39,793 nucleotides of DNA. It comes from Dehalococcoidia bacterium (GTDB lineage: Bacteria > Chloroflexota > Dehalococcoidia > SHYD01). Positions within the stretch are counted from its first letter, which is position 1; every line of letters begins with the position of its first letter. The translations under genes and the position numbers were made by a program. Below, one piece after another: positions 1 to 7,573 of this stretch. The notes beneath the pieces are model-generated. The model was not told the DNA's origin. It searched no databases and saw only the letters and a program-made list of their open reading frames with translations. The DNA is taken from assembly GCA_009692935.1 (NCBI GenBank), contig SHYE01000002.1, forward strand, positions 1-39,793, given 5' to 3'.

Positions 1-135
1 CCCGACCAGCCCGCCCTCACCCGGGAGGTGGCGGCCTGGGAGGACCGGCGCAACGCTAAGGGTGGTGCCGTGAATTGGCGCTTCACCACCGCCGACGCCC
101 GTATCAAACTCAAACGCCTCTACCCAATTCATTAG
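1..135 (+). mobile_element. IS630-family transposase, C-terminal fragment (5' part lies outside the window)
   Basis: Frame 1 reads PDQPALTREVAAWEDRRNAKGGAVNWRFTTADARIKLKRLYPIH and stops at TAG 133-135. The W-x-F-T-x-x-D-A-R-I-K-L-K-R-L-Y-P tail is the typical C-terminus of IS630/Tc1-like DDE transposases. A short inverted repeat TAGTGG/CCACTA lies at 133-148. Confidence 0.6.
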
Positions 136-177
136 TGGCCGACCACTAGCTTTGCCCCGACCCAATGTTTCTTGTTC

Positions 178-735
178 CTACTTCGGGAACGTATTTGCCT
201 GCCCTTCCGACTCCGGCGTGATGTCGAACGCCGTCAGCAGCGTGGCGATGAGCCGGTAGCAGCCGATGATACAGCTCAGGCGGATGACATCGCTCTCGCC
301 CCAACGGGCCTTCAGCTTGTCGAACGCCGCGTCCTCCACCTTGCGTTCGCGCAGCACCTGCTGGGCGAACGCGATCACCGTCGCCTCGTCCTCGGTCAGC
401 ACCGAGGCCGCCGCCTCGCCACGCACCACCTGCACGGCCTCCGGGCGGGTGCCAGCGCGCTCGGCGGCCCGCTGATGCGCACCCCACACATACTCGCAAC
501 GCTCCTCGCGGGCGGTCACCAGCACCGCCAGCTCCATCAGGCTCAGCGGCATGTTCAGCCCGCCGCGCAGGCTGTCCTCGATCCAGCGCCGCCAGGGCAG
601 CGCCACGTCCGGTACATGCATCAGCGCCCGGTAGGGACCGCCCACAACGCCGGTGGCAGCGTTGCGCATCTCATCGAACAGGGCGTGGTACTCGGGGGCA
701 AGGTCGTCTCGGCGGGGTTGGGCAATGCGGACCAT
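178..735 (-). CDS. carboxymuconolactone decarboxylase (AhpD-like) family protein
   Basis: Lies in ORF 178..774. The best start is ATG 735 (MVRIAQPRRDD...), with GGAGG 5 nt upstream. The core ...LAVLVTAREERCEYVWGAHQRAAE... is CMD/AhpD-like. Confidence 0.75.
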   Translation of the reverse strand: MVRIAQPRRDDLAPEYHALFDEMRNAATGVVGGPYRALMHVPDVALPWRRWIEDSLRGGLNMPLSLMELAVLVTAREERCEYVWGAHQRAAERAGTRPEAVQVVRGEAAASVLTEDEATVIAFAQQVLRERKVEDAAFDKLKARWGESDVIRLSCIIGCYRLIATLLTAFDITPESEGQANTFPK

Positions 736-793
736 GGGGACCTCCTGGGTAATGGGTAGGCAGGAGTTATACACCGCCCGCGCCCCCGGAATT

Positions 794-833
794 CCCCTCC
801 CTAGCAGGGAGGGGTTAGGGGAGGGTTGAAGTC
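794..833. repeat. Family B short palindromic repeat (CCCTCCC..GGGAGGGG hairpin, ending GGTTGAAGTC)
   Basis: Sequence is cccctccctagcagggaggggttaggggagggttgaagtc. It is near-identical in design to 38537-38573 (cctcccccttgcagggggaggttagctgggggttgaagtc). Confidence 0.8.
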
Positions 834-873
834 TGGCCTATAGCAAGGCAACGGGCGCAAGGTTCGGCCTTCC

Positions 874-905
874 GGTAGGGGCGCAATTTATTGCGCCTTA
901 GCGTC
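874..905. repeat. Family C repeat (GGTAGGGGCGCAATTTATTGCGCCTTAGC)
   Basis: Contains the perfect palindrome GGCGCAAT-TT-ATTGCGCC. Related copies lie at 970-1001 (inverted) and 18905-18934. Confidence 0.75.
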
Positions 906-969
906 AGGCCGCGGTCAAGGAGCAGGCCTGCGGTGTCACCGCACCACCACCTTGCACCGCGCCGGCAGC

Positions 970-1001
970 GGGTGAGGCGTCATAAATGCTGCCCCTACAG
1001 G
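970..1001. repeat. Family C repeat, inverted orientation
   Basis: gggtgaggcgtcataaatgctgcccctacagg is the reverse-complement design of the GTAGGGGC...TTTAT...GCC unit at 874-905. Confidence 0.65.
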
Positions 1002-1052
1002 TCGGGGCGTGCCACCTTCGCACAGAGTCTGGTGATGGGTGGGCGGCGGCCA

Positions 1053-1089
1053 CCCTCTCTCCAGCTCTCTCCCTCTGAGGGCGAGAGGG
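1053..1089. repeat. Family B short palindromic repeat (CTCTCCCTC..GAGGGCGAGAGGG)
   Basis: ccctctctccagctctctccctctgagggcgagaggg forms a hairpin CTCTCCCTC / GAGGGCGAGAG. Confidence 0.75.
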
Positions 1090-1160
1090 CCGGCTGGTTC
1101 ATGCGGCGGCGTCGCTAAGCACGGGCGCTGCGAGATCTAAGCCCACCGAGCGGGATACGT

Positions 1161-1195
1161 CCCTACCCTCCCAGGGAGAGGGTAGGGAGAGGGTG
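1161..1195. repeat. Family B short palindromic repeat
   Basis: ccctaccctcccagggagagggtagggagagggtg forms a hairpin CCCTACCCTCCC / GGGAGAGGGTAGGG. Confidence 0.75.
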
Positions 1196-1433
1196 CCCCG
1201 TCACTCTACCCCCAGCACCGCCGCCGCCTTCACCCGCCCCGCCAGTCCGGCCACCGCGTCTGCTACCTCGTGGATGAACGCGACCCGCCCGCCGACCACC
1301 ACTCAAGCCCGTGTGTAACCCCGCGCCGATTCCCTGGTAGCGGCAGTCGGCTACCGCGCCTGCGGGCTTCCGGCCTGCTGCGGGTGGGGCTATACTGGCG
1401 GCACCGACCGCGACACACTCTGGGAGGTTCCAC

Positions 1434-2060
1434 ATGATTTACGAACTGCGCAGCTACGACCTGAAGGTTGGCACCACCGCCACCTATATGAAGCGCTTCG
1501 GCGAGGGCCTGCCGACGCGCGAGAAGTACTCGAAGCTGGCCGGGTTCTGGAGCACCGACGTGGGCCCGCTGAACCAGGTCATCCACCTGTGGGTCTACGA
1601 GGACATGAAGCACCGCGACGATGTGCGCGAAGCCAGCGCCAAAGACACCAGTGGTCAGTGGCCCCCCAAGGGCGACGACTGCATTGTGCACATGGAGTCG
1701 GAGATCATTCTGCCGGCTCCGTTCATGCGCCCGCTGGACGGCACGCCTCAGGAGCTGGGCGGCATCTACGAGCTGCGCTACTACGACTACCAGGTGGGCT
1801 CTACCGGCAAGGTGTACAAGACCTGGGAGCCGATGATTCCGGCTCGCGAGAAGCTCTCACCGCTGGCGCTGTGCGGCTTCACCGAGCTGGGCGGCCTGAA
1901 CAAGTTCTTCCACCTGTGGCCCTACAAGGATATGAACGAACGGCTGCGTATTCGCCGCGAGGCCGTGGTGCAGGGCATCTGGCCGCCGCCCACCAGCGAC
2001 TGGGTGATTCGCCAGCAGAACAAGATCATGTTCCCGGCGCCCTTCTCGCCGTTGCGCTAG
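1434..2060 (+). CDS. NIPSNAP family protein (two tandem NIPSNAP halves)
   Basis: 208 aa. GGGAGG lies upstream of ATG 1434. There is an internal duplication, IYELRSYDLKVGT...HLWVYEDMKHRDDVR and IYELRYYDYQVGS...HLWPYKDMNERLRIR, which is typical of NIPSNAP. Confidence 0.85.
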   Translation: MIYELRSYDLKVGTTATYMKRFGEGLPTREKYSKLAGFWSTDVGPLNQVIHLWVYEDMKHRDDVREASAKDTSGQWPPKGDDCIVHMESEIILPAPFMRPLDGTPQELGGIYELRYYDYQVGSTGKVYKTWEPMIPAREKLSPLALCGFTELGGLNKFFHLWPYKDMNERLRIRREAVVQGIWPPPTSDWVIRQQNKIMFPAPFSPLR

Positions 2061-2062
2061 CC

Positions 2063-2566
2063 ATGACCACCGTGCGCGCCGCCACCCCGGCCGACGCCTC
2101 CGCCATCGCCCGGGTGGAGCGCGCCGCCTTTGGGCAGGAGGACGAAGCGCGGCTGGTGGCTGCGCTCGACGCCGGCGGCTACACCCGCATCTCGCTGGTG
2201 GCCGAACGCGAGGGCGAGGTCATCGGCCACGTGCTGCTCAGCGAGCTGGAGTTCGCGGCGCCCTCGGGACCGCTGCCGGCGTTGGTGCTTGCCCCGGTGG
2301 CGGTGGCCCCGCCGCACCAGCGCCAGGGCGTGGGCGAGGCGTTGGTGCGGGCCGCGTTGGAGTTGGCCCAGCAGCAGGGGTGCCGGGCGGTGGTGGTGCT
2401 GGGCCACCCCGGCTACTATCCCCGCTTTGGGTTCAGCGTGCTGGCCGCGGCGGGCATCCGGTCGCCGTACCAGGGGCCGCACTTCATGGCCATCGACTTC
2501 ACGCCCGACGCCGGGTCGCTGGTGGGCGAGTTGACCTACCCCGCCCCCTTCGCCGAGCTCCCATAA
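2063..2566 (+). CDS. GNAT family N-acetyltransferase (YhbS-like)
   Basis: ATG 2063 lies 2 nt after the NIPSNAP stop (inside the long ORF 1589..2566). Has the acetyl-CoA motif QRQGVGEALVRAAL and a ...GYYPRFGF... tail. Confidence 0.85.
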   Translation: MTTVRAATPADASAIARVERAAFGQEDEARLVAALDAGGYTRISLVAEREGEVIGHVLLSELEFAAPSGPLPALVLAPVAVAPPHQRQGVGEALVRAALELAQQQGCRAVVVLGHPGYYPRFGFSVLAAAGIRSPYQGPHFMAIDFTPDAGSLVGELTYPAPFAELP

Positions 2567-2577
2567 GGAGGAACGCC

Positions 2578-2979
2578 ATGCCGCTTGACGAAGTACTGAT
2601 GAAGGTCGAGGCCGGTTGGCAGCCGGTACTCGAACTGCTGGGCTGAGTGCCGCTCAACGCGATGGAGCAGCCCTCCGGCATCGGCGACTGGCGGATGAAG
2701 GACGTCATCGGTCACCTGACCTCCTGGGAGGAGGACGTGCTCGACTACCTGACCTATGTGCAGCGTGGCGAGCGCCGGTCCAAGCTCAGCGCCGCGCCCG
2801 GCTGGGACGTGGACGCCCACTACGCCGCGCTCATCGCCGCCAAGGTCGCGGTACCGGCCGCCCACCTGCTGATCGACCTTGGCGCCACGCACCAGCGCCT
2901 GCTGGCCGCCATCAACGCGCTGCCGGCGACAGCGTTGGCCGACGAGAACGTGGTGGACAAGACCGGCTCCGACACCTGA
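2578..2979 (+). pseudogene. DinB/ClbS-like four-helix-bundle protein interrupted by in-frame TGA at 2644-2646
   Basis: AGGAGG precedes ATG 2578. It reads MPLDEVLMKVEAGWQPVLELLG-TGA-VPLNAMEQPSGIGDWRMKDVIGHLTSWEE... ORFs 2380..2646 and 2647..2979 are in the same frame. The GDW-x-x-KDV-x-x-HL-x-x-WE signature lies downstream of the stop, so the SD-bearing start is cut off from the conserved domain. Confidence 0.65.
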
Positions 2980-3014
2980 TGGCACTACCAGGAGCACCAG
3001 ACTAACCTACAAGC

Positions 3015-3416
3015 ATGGCTCGATCAGAGAGGACTCTGAAGATGCTCGAAACTGCTCCCGTCATGGCGTTCGTGGCCTGCAGCGACGCGGCGGTCGCGCT
3101 GGCCTTCTACCGCGACACGCTGGGCCTCAGCCTCATCGCCGACGAACCCTTCGCGCTGGTGTTCGACACCGCGGGCACGCAGTTGCGCGTGCAGAAGGTG
3201 CAGCAGGTGGTGGTCGTACCCTACACTGCACTGGGCTGGCGGGTGCCGGACATGGCGGCTTCGGTCGCCGCCCTCACCGCGCGCGGCGTGCGCTTCGAGC
3301 TATTCCCCGGTATGCCGCAAGATGCTTCCGGCGTCATGGCGTTCCCCGGCGGCGCCCAGGTGGCCTGGTTCAAAGACCCGGACGACAACCTGCTGTCCCT
3401 CACACAATTCTTCTAG
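3015..3416 (+). CDS. VOC (glyoxalase/bleomycin-resistance) family protein
   Basis: 133 aa. Motifs ...AVALAFYRDTLGLSL... and ...AWFKDPDDNLLSLTQF are typical of the VOC fold. An alternative start at ATG 3042 has a better GAGAGGA Shine-Dalgarno. Confidence 0.8.
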   Translation: MARSERTLKMLETAPVMAFVACSDAAVALAFYRDTLGLSLIADEPFALVFDTAGTQLRVQKVQQVVVVPYTALGWRVPDMAASVAALTARGVRFELFPGMPQDASGVMAFPGGAQVAWFKDPDDNLLSLTQFF

Positions 3417-3425
3417 GAGGGTTCC

Positions 3426-4232
3426 ATGCCCTACGCTCCGGTCAACGGCATTGACCTGTTCTATACCGAGCATGGCGCTGGGCCCGCGCTGGTGTTCTGC
3501 CACGGCGTGGGCGGCAACCACGCGAGCTGGCACCACCAAGTGCCCTTCTTCTCTCGCTGGCACCGGGTCATCGCCATCGATCACCGTGGGTTCGGCAACA
3601 GCCGCGACCTGCCCGAGAGTCCCGGCCGCTCAGCGTTTGTCGACGACCTGACCGGCCTGCTGGACCATCTCGGCGTCGAGCGCGCCACGCTGGTCGCGCA
3701 GTCCATGGGTGGCGGCACCGCACTCGGTTTCGCGCTCGACCATCCGGATCGCACCCAGGCGCTGGTCATGGCCGACACCCTCGGCGGCATCACCGCGCCC
3801 GGCCGGCTCGCCCTACGCCTGGAGGCGGTGCGCAAGGCCACCAACGACCTCAGCCAGGCCGACCGCGTGGTCTCCCGCGCCTTCCAGCAGCGCGAGCCCG
3901 CCCGCACCCAGCTTTACCTCGATATCGCCAGCTTCAACGCCTCCAACCGCTTCAACATGCGCGGCGCTGCGCCCTCCACGCCCCCGACCCAGGCCCGGCT
4001 GCAGGCGCTGGCGGGCATCCCCACCCTGTTCATGGTGGGCAGCGACGACGTGCTGTATCCCACCGACGTCATCGAGATGGCCCATTGGCTGGTCCCGGGG
4101 TCAGAGTTCCAGGTCATTCCCGACGCCGGGCACTCTGCCTACTTCGAGCAGCCGGACGCGTTCAACCAGCTACTGTATGACTTCCTGGCGCGCCACGGCC
4201 TGGGCCCAGCGCGGGTACCGCAGCGGGACTAG
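3426..4232 (+). CDS. alpha/beta fold hydrolase
   Basis: 268 aa. Has the HGVGGN oxyanion region, a nucleophile elbow VAQSMGGG, and a C-terminal PDAGHSAYFEQP histidine motif. Confidence 0.85.
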   Translation: MPYAPVNGIDLFYTEHGAGPALVFCHGVGGNHASWHHQVPFFSRWHRVIAIDHRGFGNSRDLPESPGRSAFVDDLTGLLDHLGVERATLVAQSMGGGTALGFALDHPDRTQALVMADTLGGITAPGRLALRLEAVRKATNDLSQADRVVSRAFQQREPARTQLYLDIASFNASNRFNMRGAAPSTPPTQARLQALAGIPTLFMVGSDDVLYPTDVIEMAHWLVPGSEFQVIPDAGHSAYFEQPDAFNQLLYDFLARHGLGPARVPQRD

Positions 4233-4234
4233 CC

Positions 4235-5050
4235 ATGCCGGTAACACCCACCCGCAGCATCGGCATCGTGGGGTGCGGCTCCATCGGCCGGGCCATTCTG
4301 CGCGCGGCTGACCGCGGCGAGCTGCCGGTGACGGTGGCGGGCGTGGCGAGCCGCACGGAACCGACGGCGCGCGCCTTCTGCGAGAGCTTGGCCCACCCCG
4401 TACCCTATCTCTCACTTGACGAGCTGGTGACGGCTAGCGACCTGCTGATCGAGACGGCGGGCGGCCACGTGGTGCCGGAGCTGGCGCAGCAGGCTTTCGC
4501 CGCCGGCAAGGACCTGATGGTGATCAGCGTGGGGGCTCTGCTGGACCACCCGGAGATCATGGACCAGGCGCGGGCCACCGGCTGCCGCCTCATCGTGCCC
4601 TCCGGGGCGATCGCCGGGCTGGACGGCATCAAGTCGGCCAGCTCGGGGCACATCGACCACGTACGGCTCACCAGCCGCAAGCCCCCACGGGCACTGCAGG
4701 GTGCGCCGTACCTGGTGCAGCACGGCATCTCGCTGGAGGGGCTGACCGAGGCGCGGGAGCTGTTCTTCGGCCCGGCGCGCGAGGCGGTGCGCGGCTTTCC
4801 CGACAACCTGAACATCTCGGCCGCCATCAGCCTCGCCGGCATCGGGCCCGACCGCACCACAGTGCGGATCTACGCTGACCCCGCGGTCACCCGCAACTGC
4901 CACGACATCGAGGTCGAGGGTGAGTTCGGGCTGCTGCGCGTCCACATCGAGAACATCCCCAGCGAGAACCCCAGGACCGGCCGCCTCACTGCGCTCTCGA
5001 TGGTGCGTGCCGTGCGCGATGCGGTCGATCCGGTGCGTATCGGCTCATAG
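4235..5050 (+). CDS. nadX: L-aspartate dehydrogenase
   Basis: 271 aa. Has an N-terminal Rossmann motif IGIVGCGSIG and a C-terminal ...NISAAISLAGIGPDRTTVRIYADP..NCHDIEVEGEFG...NPRTGRLTALS, as in DUF108/NadX. The start is 2 nt after the hydrolase stop. Confidence 0.8.
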   Translation: MPVTPTRSIGIVGCGSIGRAILRAADRGELPVTVAGVASRTEPTARAFCESLAHPVPYLSLDELVTASDLLIETAGGHVVPELAQQAFAAGKDLMVISVGALLDHPEIMDQARATGCRLIVPSGAIAGLDGIKSASSGHIDHVRLTSRKPPRALQGAPYLVQHGISLEGLTEARELFFGPAREAVRGFPDNLNISAAISLAGIGPDRTTVRIYADPAVTRNCHDIEVEGEFGLLRVHIENIPSENPRTGRLTALSMVRAVRDAVDPVRIGS

Positions 5051-5150
5051 CATCCTCCGTCATGGTGAGCGTCCGGGATGACCCTTGGCGGGACGCGCAG
5101 TTGTGGTGAACCCTGTGCACGGGTTCACGCCCGACTGGTTGGGGACGGGG

Positions 5151-5174
5151 GATGCTTCCTTGCGTCAGCATGAC
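5151..5174. repeat. Family A repeat, single arm (GATGCTTCCTTGCGTCAGCATGAC)
   Basis: Matches the left arm of the 66-nt hairpin units at 27118-27183 and 30825-31192. Confidence 0.7.
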
Positions 5175-5272
5175 AGGAACGGGCGTGGTGGCATGCCGCG
5201 GTGTGGTGGTGGGGCCCACGCTCGACAGAGTGGCAGCCCGCCGTCTCGCGTATCTGCGATCTCGTTTAAATG

Positions 5273-5302
5273 GACTGACCCTCCCGATTGGGAGGGTCAG
5301 TC
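5273..5302 (-). terminator. 13-bp perfect stem-loop downstream of the small-protein genes
   Basis: GACTGACCCTCCC-gatt-GGGAGGGTCAGTC. On the minus strand it is followed by CATTTAAAC. It lies 28 nt after the stop of ORF 5330..5539. Confidence 0.5.
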
Positions 5303-5329
5303 AGATGATGGCGTCGTGCGCCACAGCCG

Positions 5330-5539
5330 TTACCTTAGCGCGCTGAGGAGATTGTAGCTGGCGCTGAAGTCCGTTTCCTGAACCTGCGCCCGCGTCTCCT
5401 CGTAACCGGCGATCACCATGCGCTCGCGGGCGGTAGCGTCGTTTGCCACTGCCTGAGCGGCTTTCACAAACGGCCGGCTGAACCGGCTGAACAGGCTAAA
5501 GCCTGCGAACTCGGCGGCTGCGGAAAAAGCTGCTTGCAT
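5330..5539 (-). CDS. hypothetical 69-aa protein, paralog 1 (no family recognised)
   Basis: AGAGG Shine-Dalgarno precedes the ATG. Shares MQA.., F.R..RPF, (I/V)AGY.E and FSA..L.S motifs and the exact length with ORF 5601..5810. Confidence 0.6.
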   Translation of the reverse strand: MQAAFSAAAEFAGFSLFSRFSRPFVKAAQAVANDATARERMVIAGYEETRAQVQETDFSASYNLLSALR

Positions 5540-5600
5540 CGTTTACCTCTTGCTTAGTGTGTTTTTGCTTGGCTTGGAGCATGATGTCTCCAAGCGTGAT

Positions 5601-5810
5601 TTACCAGACCGAGGACATTAGACTGTGGGCGGCGCTAAAACCTTCAGTGAAGGCCGGCAGGGCCTCCCGGTAACCGGCGACAATTGGGGTGCGGTCGAAG
5701 ATAACGTCCTCCACCACATTGCGGTGGTCGAGTACCGGGAACGGGCGTAGCACCCGTTCGAACCAACCCAGGTCGGCGACATCGGCGAGAGCGGCTAGTG
5801 TTGCTTGCAT
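5601..5810 (-). CDS. hypothetical 69-aa protein, paralog 2 (no family recognised)
   Basis: AAAGGAG Shine-Dalgarno lies 6 nt before the ATG. It is a paralog of 5330..5539 (about 25-30 % identity by eye). Confidence 0.6.
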   Translation of the reverse strand: MQATLAALADVADLGWFERVLRPFPVLDHRNVVEDVIFDRTPIVAGYREALPAFTEGFSAAHSLMSSVW

Positions 5811-5838
5811 GGCAGACTCCTTTCTGCGGTGTAAGTCT

Positions 5839-5853
5839 GTAACCAGTGGTTAC
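5839..5853. promoter_or_regulatory. perfect 15-bp palindrome GTAACCAGTGGTTAC in the divergent intergenic region (candidate HxlR operator)
   Basis: A 7-1-7 inverted repeat in the AT-richer 128-bp gap between the small-protein gene (start 5810) and the HxlR gene (start 5939). Confidence 0.45.
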
Positions 5854-5938
5854 TACGGATATAGTAGCAACTAACGTTTTGATCGTCAAGGGTTTAGTGG
5901 TACACTTCGTCGAAATCTCCCTGGTGGAGCGTGCACGG

Positions 5939-6283
5939 ATGGATGGTCGTGCTTGTGGCGTAGCCGAGGCAGCAAAAATTCTGGGCGACAAATGGACGCT
6001 GCTGCTCTTGCGCGACCTCGCCCAGGGCTCCCGACGCTTCAAAGACCTTGAGCGTTCCGTCGATGGCATCAGTCCCACCATGTTGGCCGGCCGCCTGCGC
6101 GAGCTCGAGCGTCAGGGCCTGTTGACCCGCACCACCTACAACGAGATCCCCCCTCGGGTGGAGTACCACCTGACCGACAAGGGCACCGAAGCCCTCCCCA
6201 TCGTCGAAGCCCTCAGGGACTATGGCAACCGCTGGCTTCTGAGCCGGCCCGAACCCAGCGACGCCGTTCTCTCCAGCACCTAG
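5939..6283 (+). CDS. HxlR family (winged-helix) transcriptional regulator
   Basis: Reads MDGRACGVAEAAKILGDKWTLLLLRDLAQGSRRFKDLERSVDGISPTMLAGRLRELERQGLLTRTTYNEIPPRVEYHLTDKG, the canonical HxlR signature. ATG 5939 lies inside ORF 5846..6283, with GGTGGAG upstream. Confidence 0.85.
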   Translation: MDGRACGVAEAAKILGDKWTLLLLRDLAQGSRRFKDLERSVDGISPTMLAGRLRELERQGLLTRTTYNEIPPRVEYHLTDKGTEALPIVEALRDYGNRWLLSRPEPSDAVLSST

Positions 6284-6323
6284 CTCCACCCGCCGCATAT
6301 CTCGGCAGCCACGGGGCCGCACC

Positions 6324-7400
6324 ATGCCCGCAGTCGCCATACCCACCAGCCTTGATGATCTGACCCCGGCCTGGCTCACCGCCGCGCTCCAGGCCGCGGG
6401 CGTGGCCGAGCGTCCCGTAGTGGCAGCCACCATCGAACCGTTGGGCGCGGAGTCAGGCTTCCTGTGCCAGACCGTCCGGGTCCGCCTGACCTACGCCCCG
6501 GGTGGCCGCCAAGGTCCCGCCTCAGTCGTTGCCAAGCTCCCCTCAGCCGACCCCAGCGTCCGCAGTGTCATCCACAGCTTCGGGTTCTACGAGCGCGAGG
6601 CAAAGTTCTACACAGCCTTCTCCGAGACCAACCCGCTGCGCCCACCCGGCAGCTATTTCGCCGCCTATGACGAGACCACCAAAGACACCTTTGTACTGCT
6701 GGAAGACATCTCGGACAACTTGCTGGATAACGGCGACGACCTGACGCTGCCGCCCAGCCTCGCGCTGGAGTTCGCGCAGCGGTTGGGCGCCTTCCACGCT
6801 CAGCATTGGGAACGGTCGCCCGAAGGCCTGCCATGGCTGACGCCGTTTATCGACCAGCAACCCGACCCGGCCGGCCTAGCTAATCGCTGGTAACGGTTGC
6901 AGGAACGCAATGGTCAGCTCATCCCCGCTGCGTTTCATGCGCAAGCCGGCGACTTCGTCCGGCACGCGCACACGTTTGCCCGGGCGCTGTCGGAGCATCC
7001 CCGCACCATGGTGCACGGCGACCTGCGGGTGGGCAACGCGCTGGTTGCCCGTGGCGGCCTGCGGGTGGTGGACTGGCAAACGGTGGCCTGGGGGCGCGGC
7101 GGCCTCGACCTCGGCTTCTTTCTGACCCAGGCCTACACCCCTGAGCAACGGCGGGCGCTGGAGCCAGCGGTGGTACCGCCCTATCACCAAGCCCTGGTCG
7201 ACCACGGCGTTACCGGCCACACCTTAGATCAGTGCTGGGACGACTACCGCCTGGGGCATTTGCGGATCGCTACCATGTTCGTGCAGGCCGGCTCGTCGCT
7301 TGATATGTCGGGGCCACGTTCACAGCAGCTGCTATCCAACTCACTCGAGCGCGCTGCGGCGGCTATGATCGACCTCAAGCCCTTCGACCTACTGCGATGA
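6324..7400 (+). pseudogene. APH/EcKL-type phosphotransferase (kinase-like) gene with in-frame TAA at 6891-6893
   Basis: ORFs 6324..6893 and 6897..7400 share one frame. The join ...PAGLANRW-TAA-RLQERNGQLIPAAF aligns with the intact paralog ...RYYDVLWRRMKHRHASVIPPAF. The catalytic HGDLRVGN and DWQ motifs lie downstream of the stop. Confidence 0.7.
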
Positions 7401-7451
7401 AGCCGGATGCCGGAGCTACGCGTTGATGAAACACGTGCAACCAAGGGAACT

Positions 7452-7474
7452 GTCATGCTGAGGCACGAAGCATC
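7452..7474. repeat. Family A repeat, single arm (GTCATGCTGAGGCACGAAGCATC)
   Basis: Matches the right arm of the 66-nt hairpin unit. Confidence 0.7.
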
Positions 7475-7573
7475 CCCCGTGCCCCCGTCTGCCTGCGCCC
7501 CAAGGGGAGTGCGGCGTACCGCGGAACGCACCCTCCGCACGCAACCCGGCCGGAGCGCGAGACACCCCCAGCT

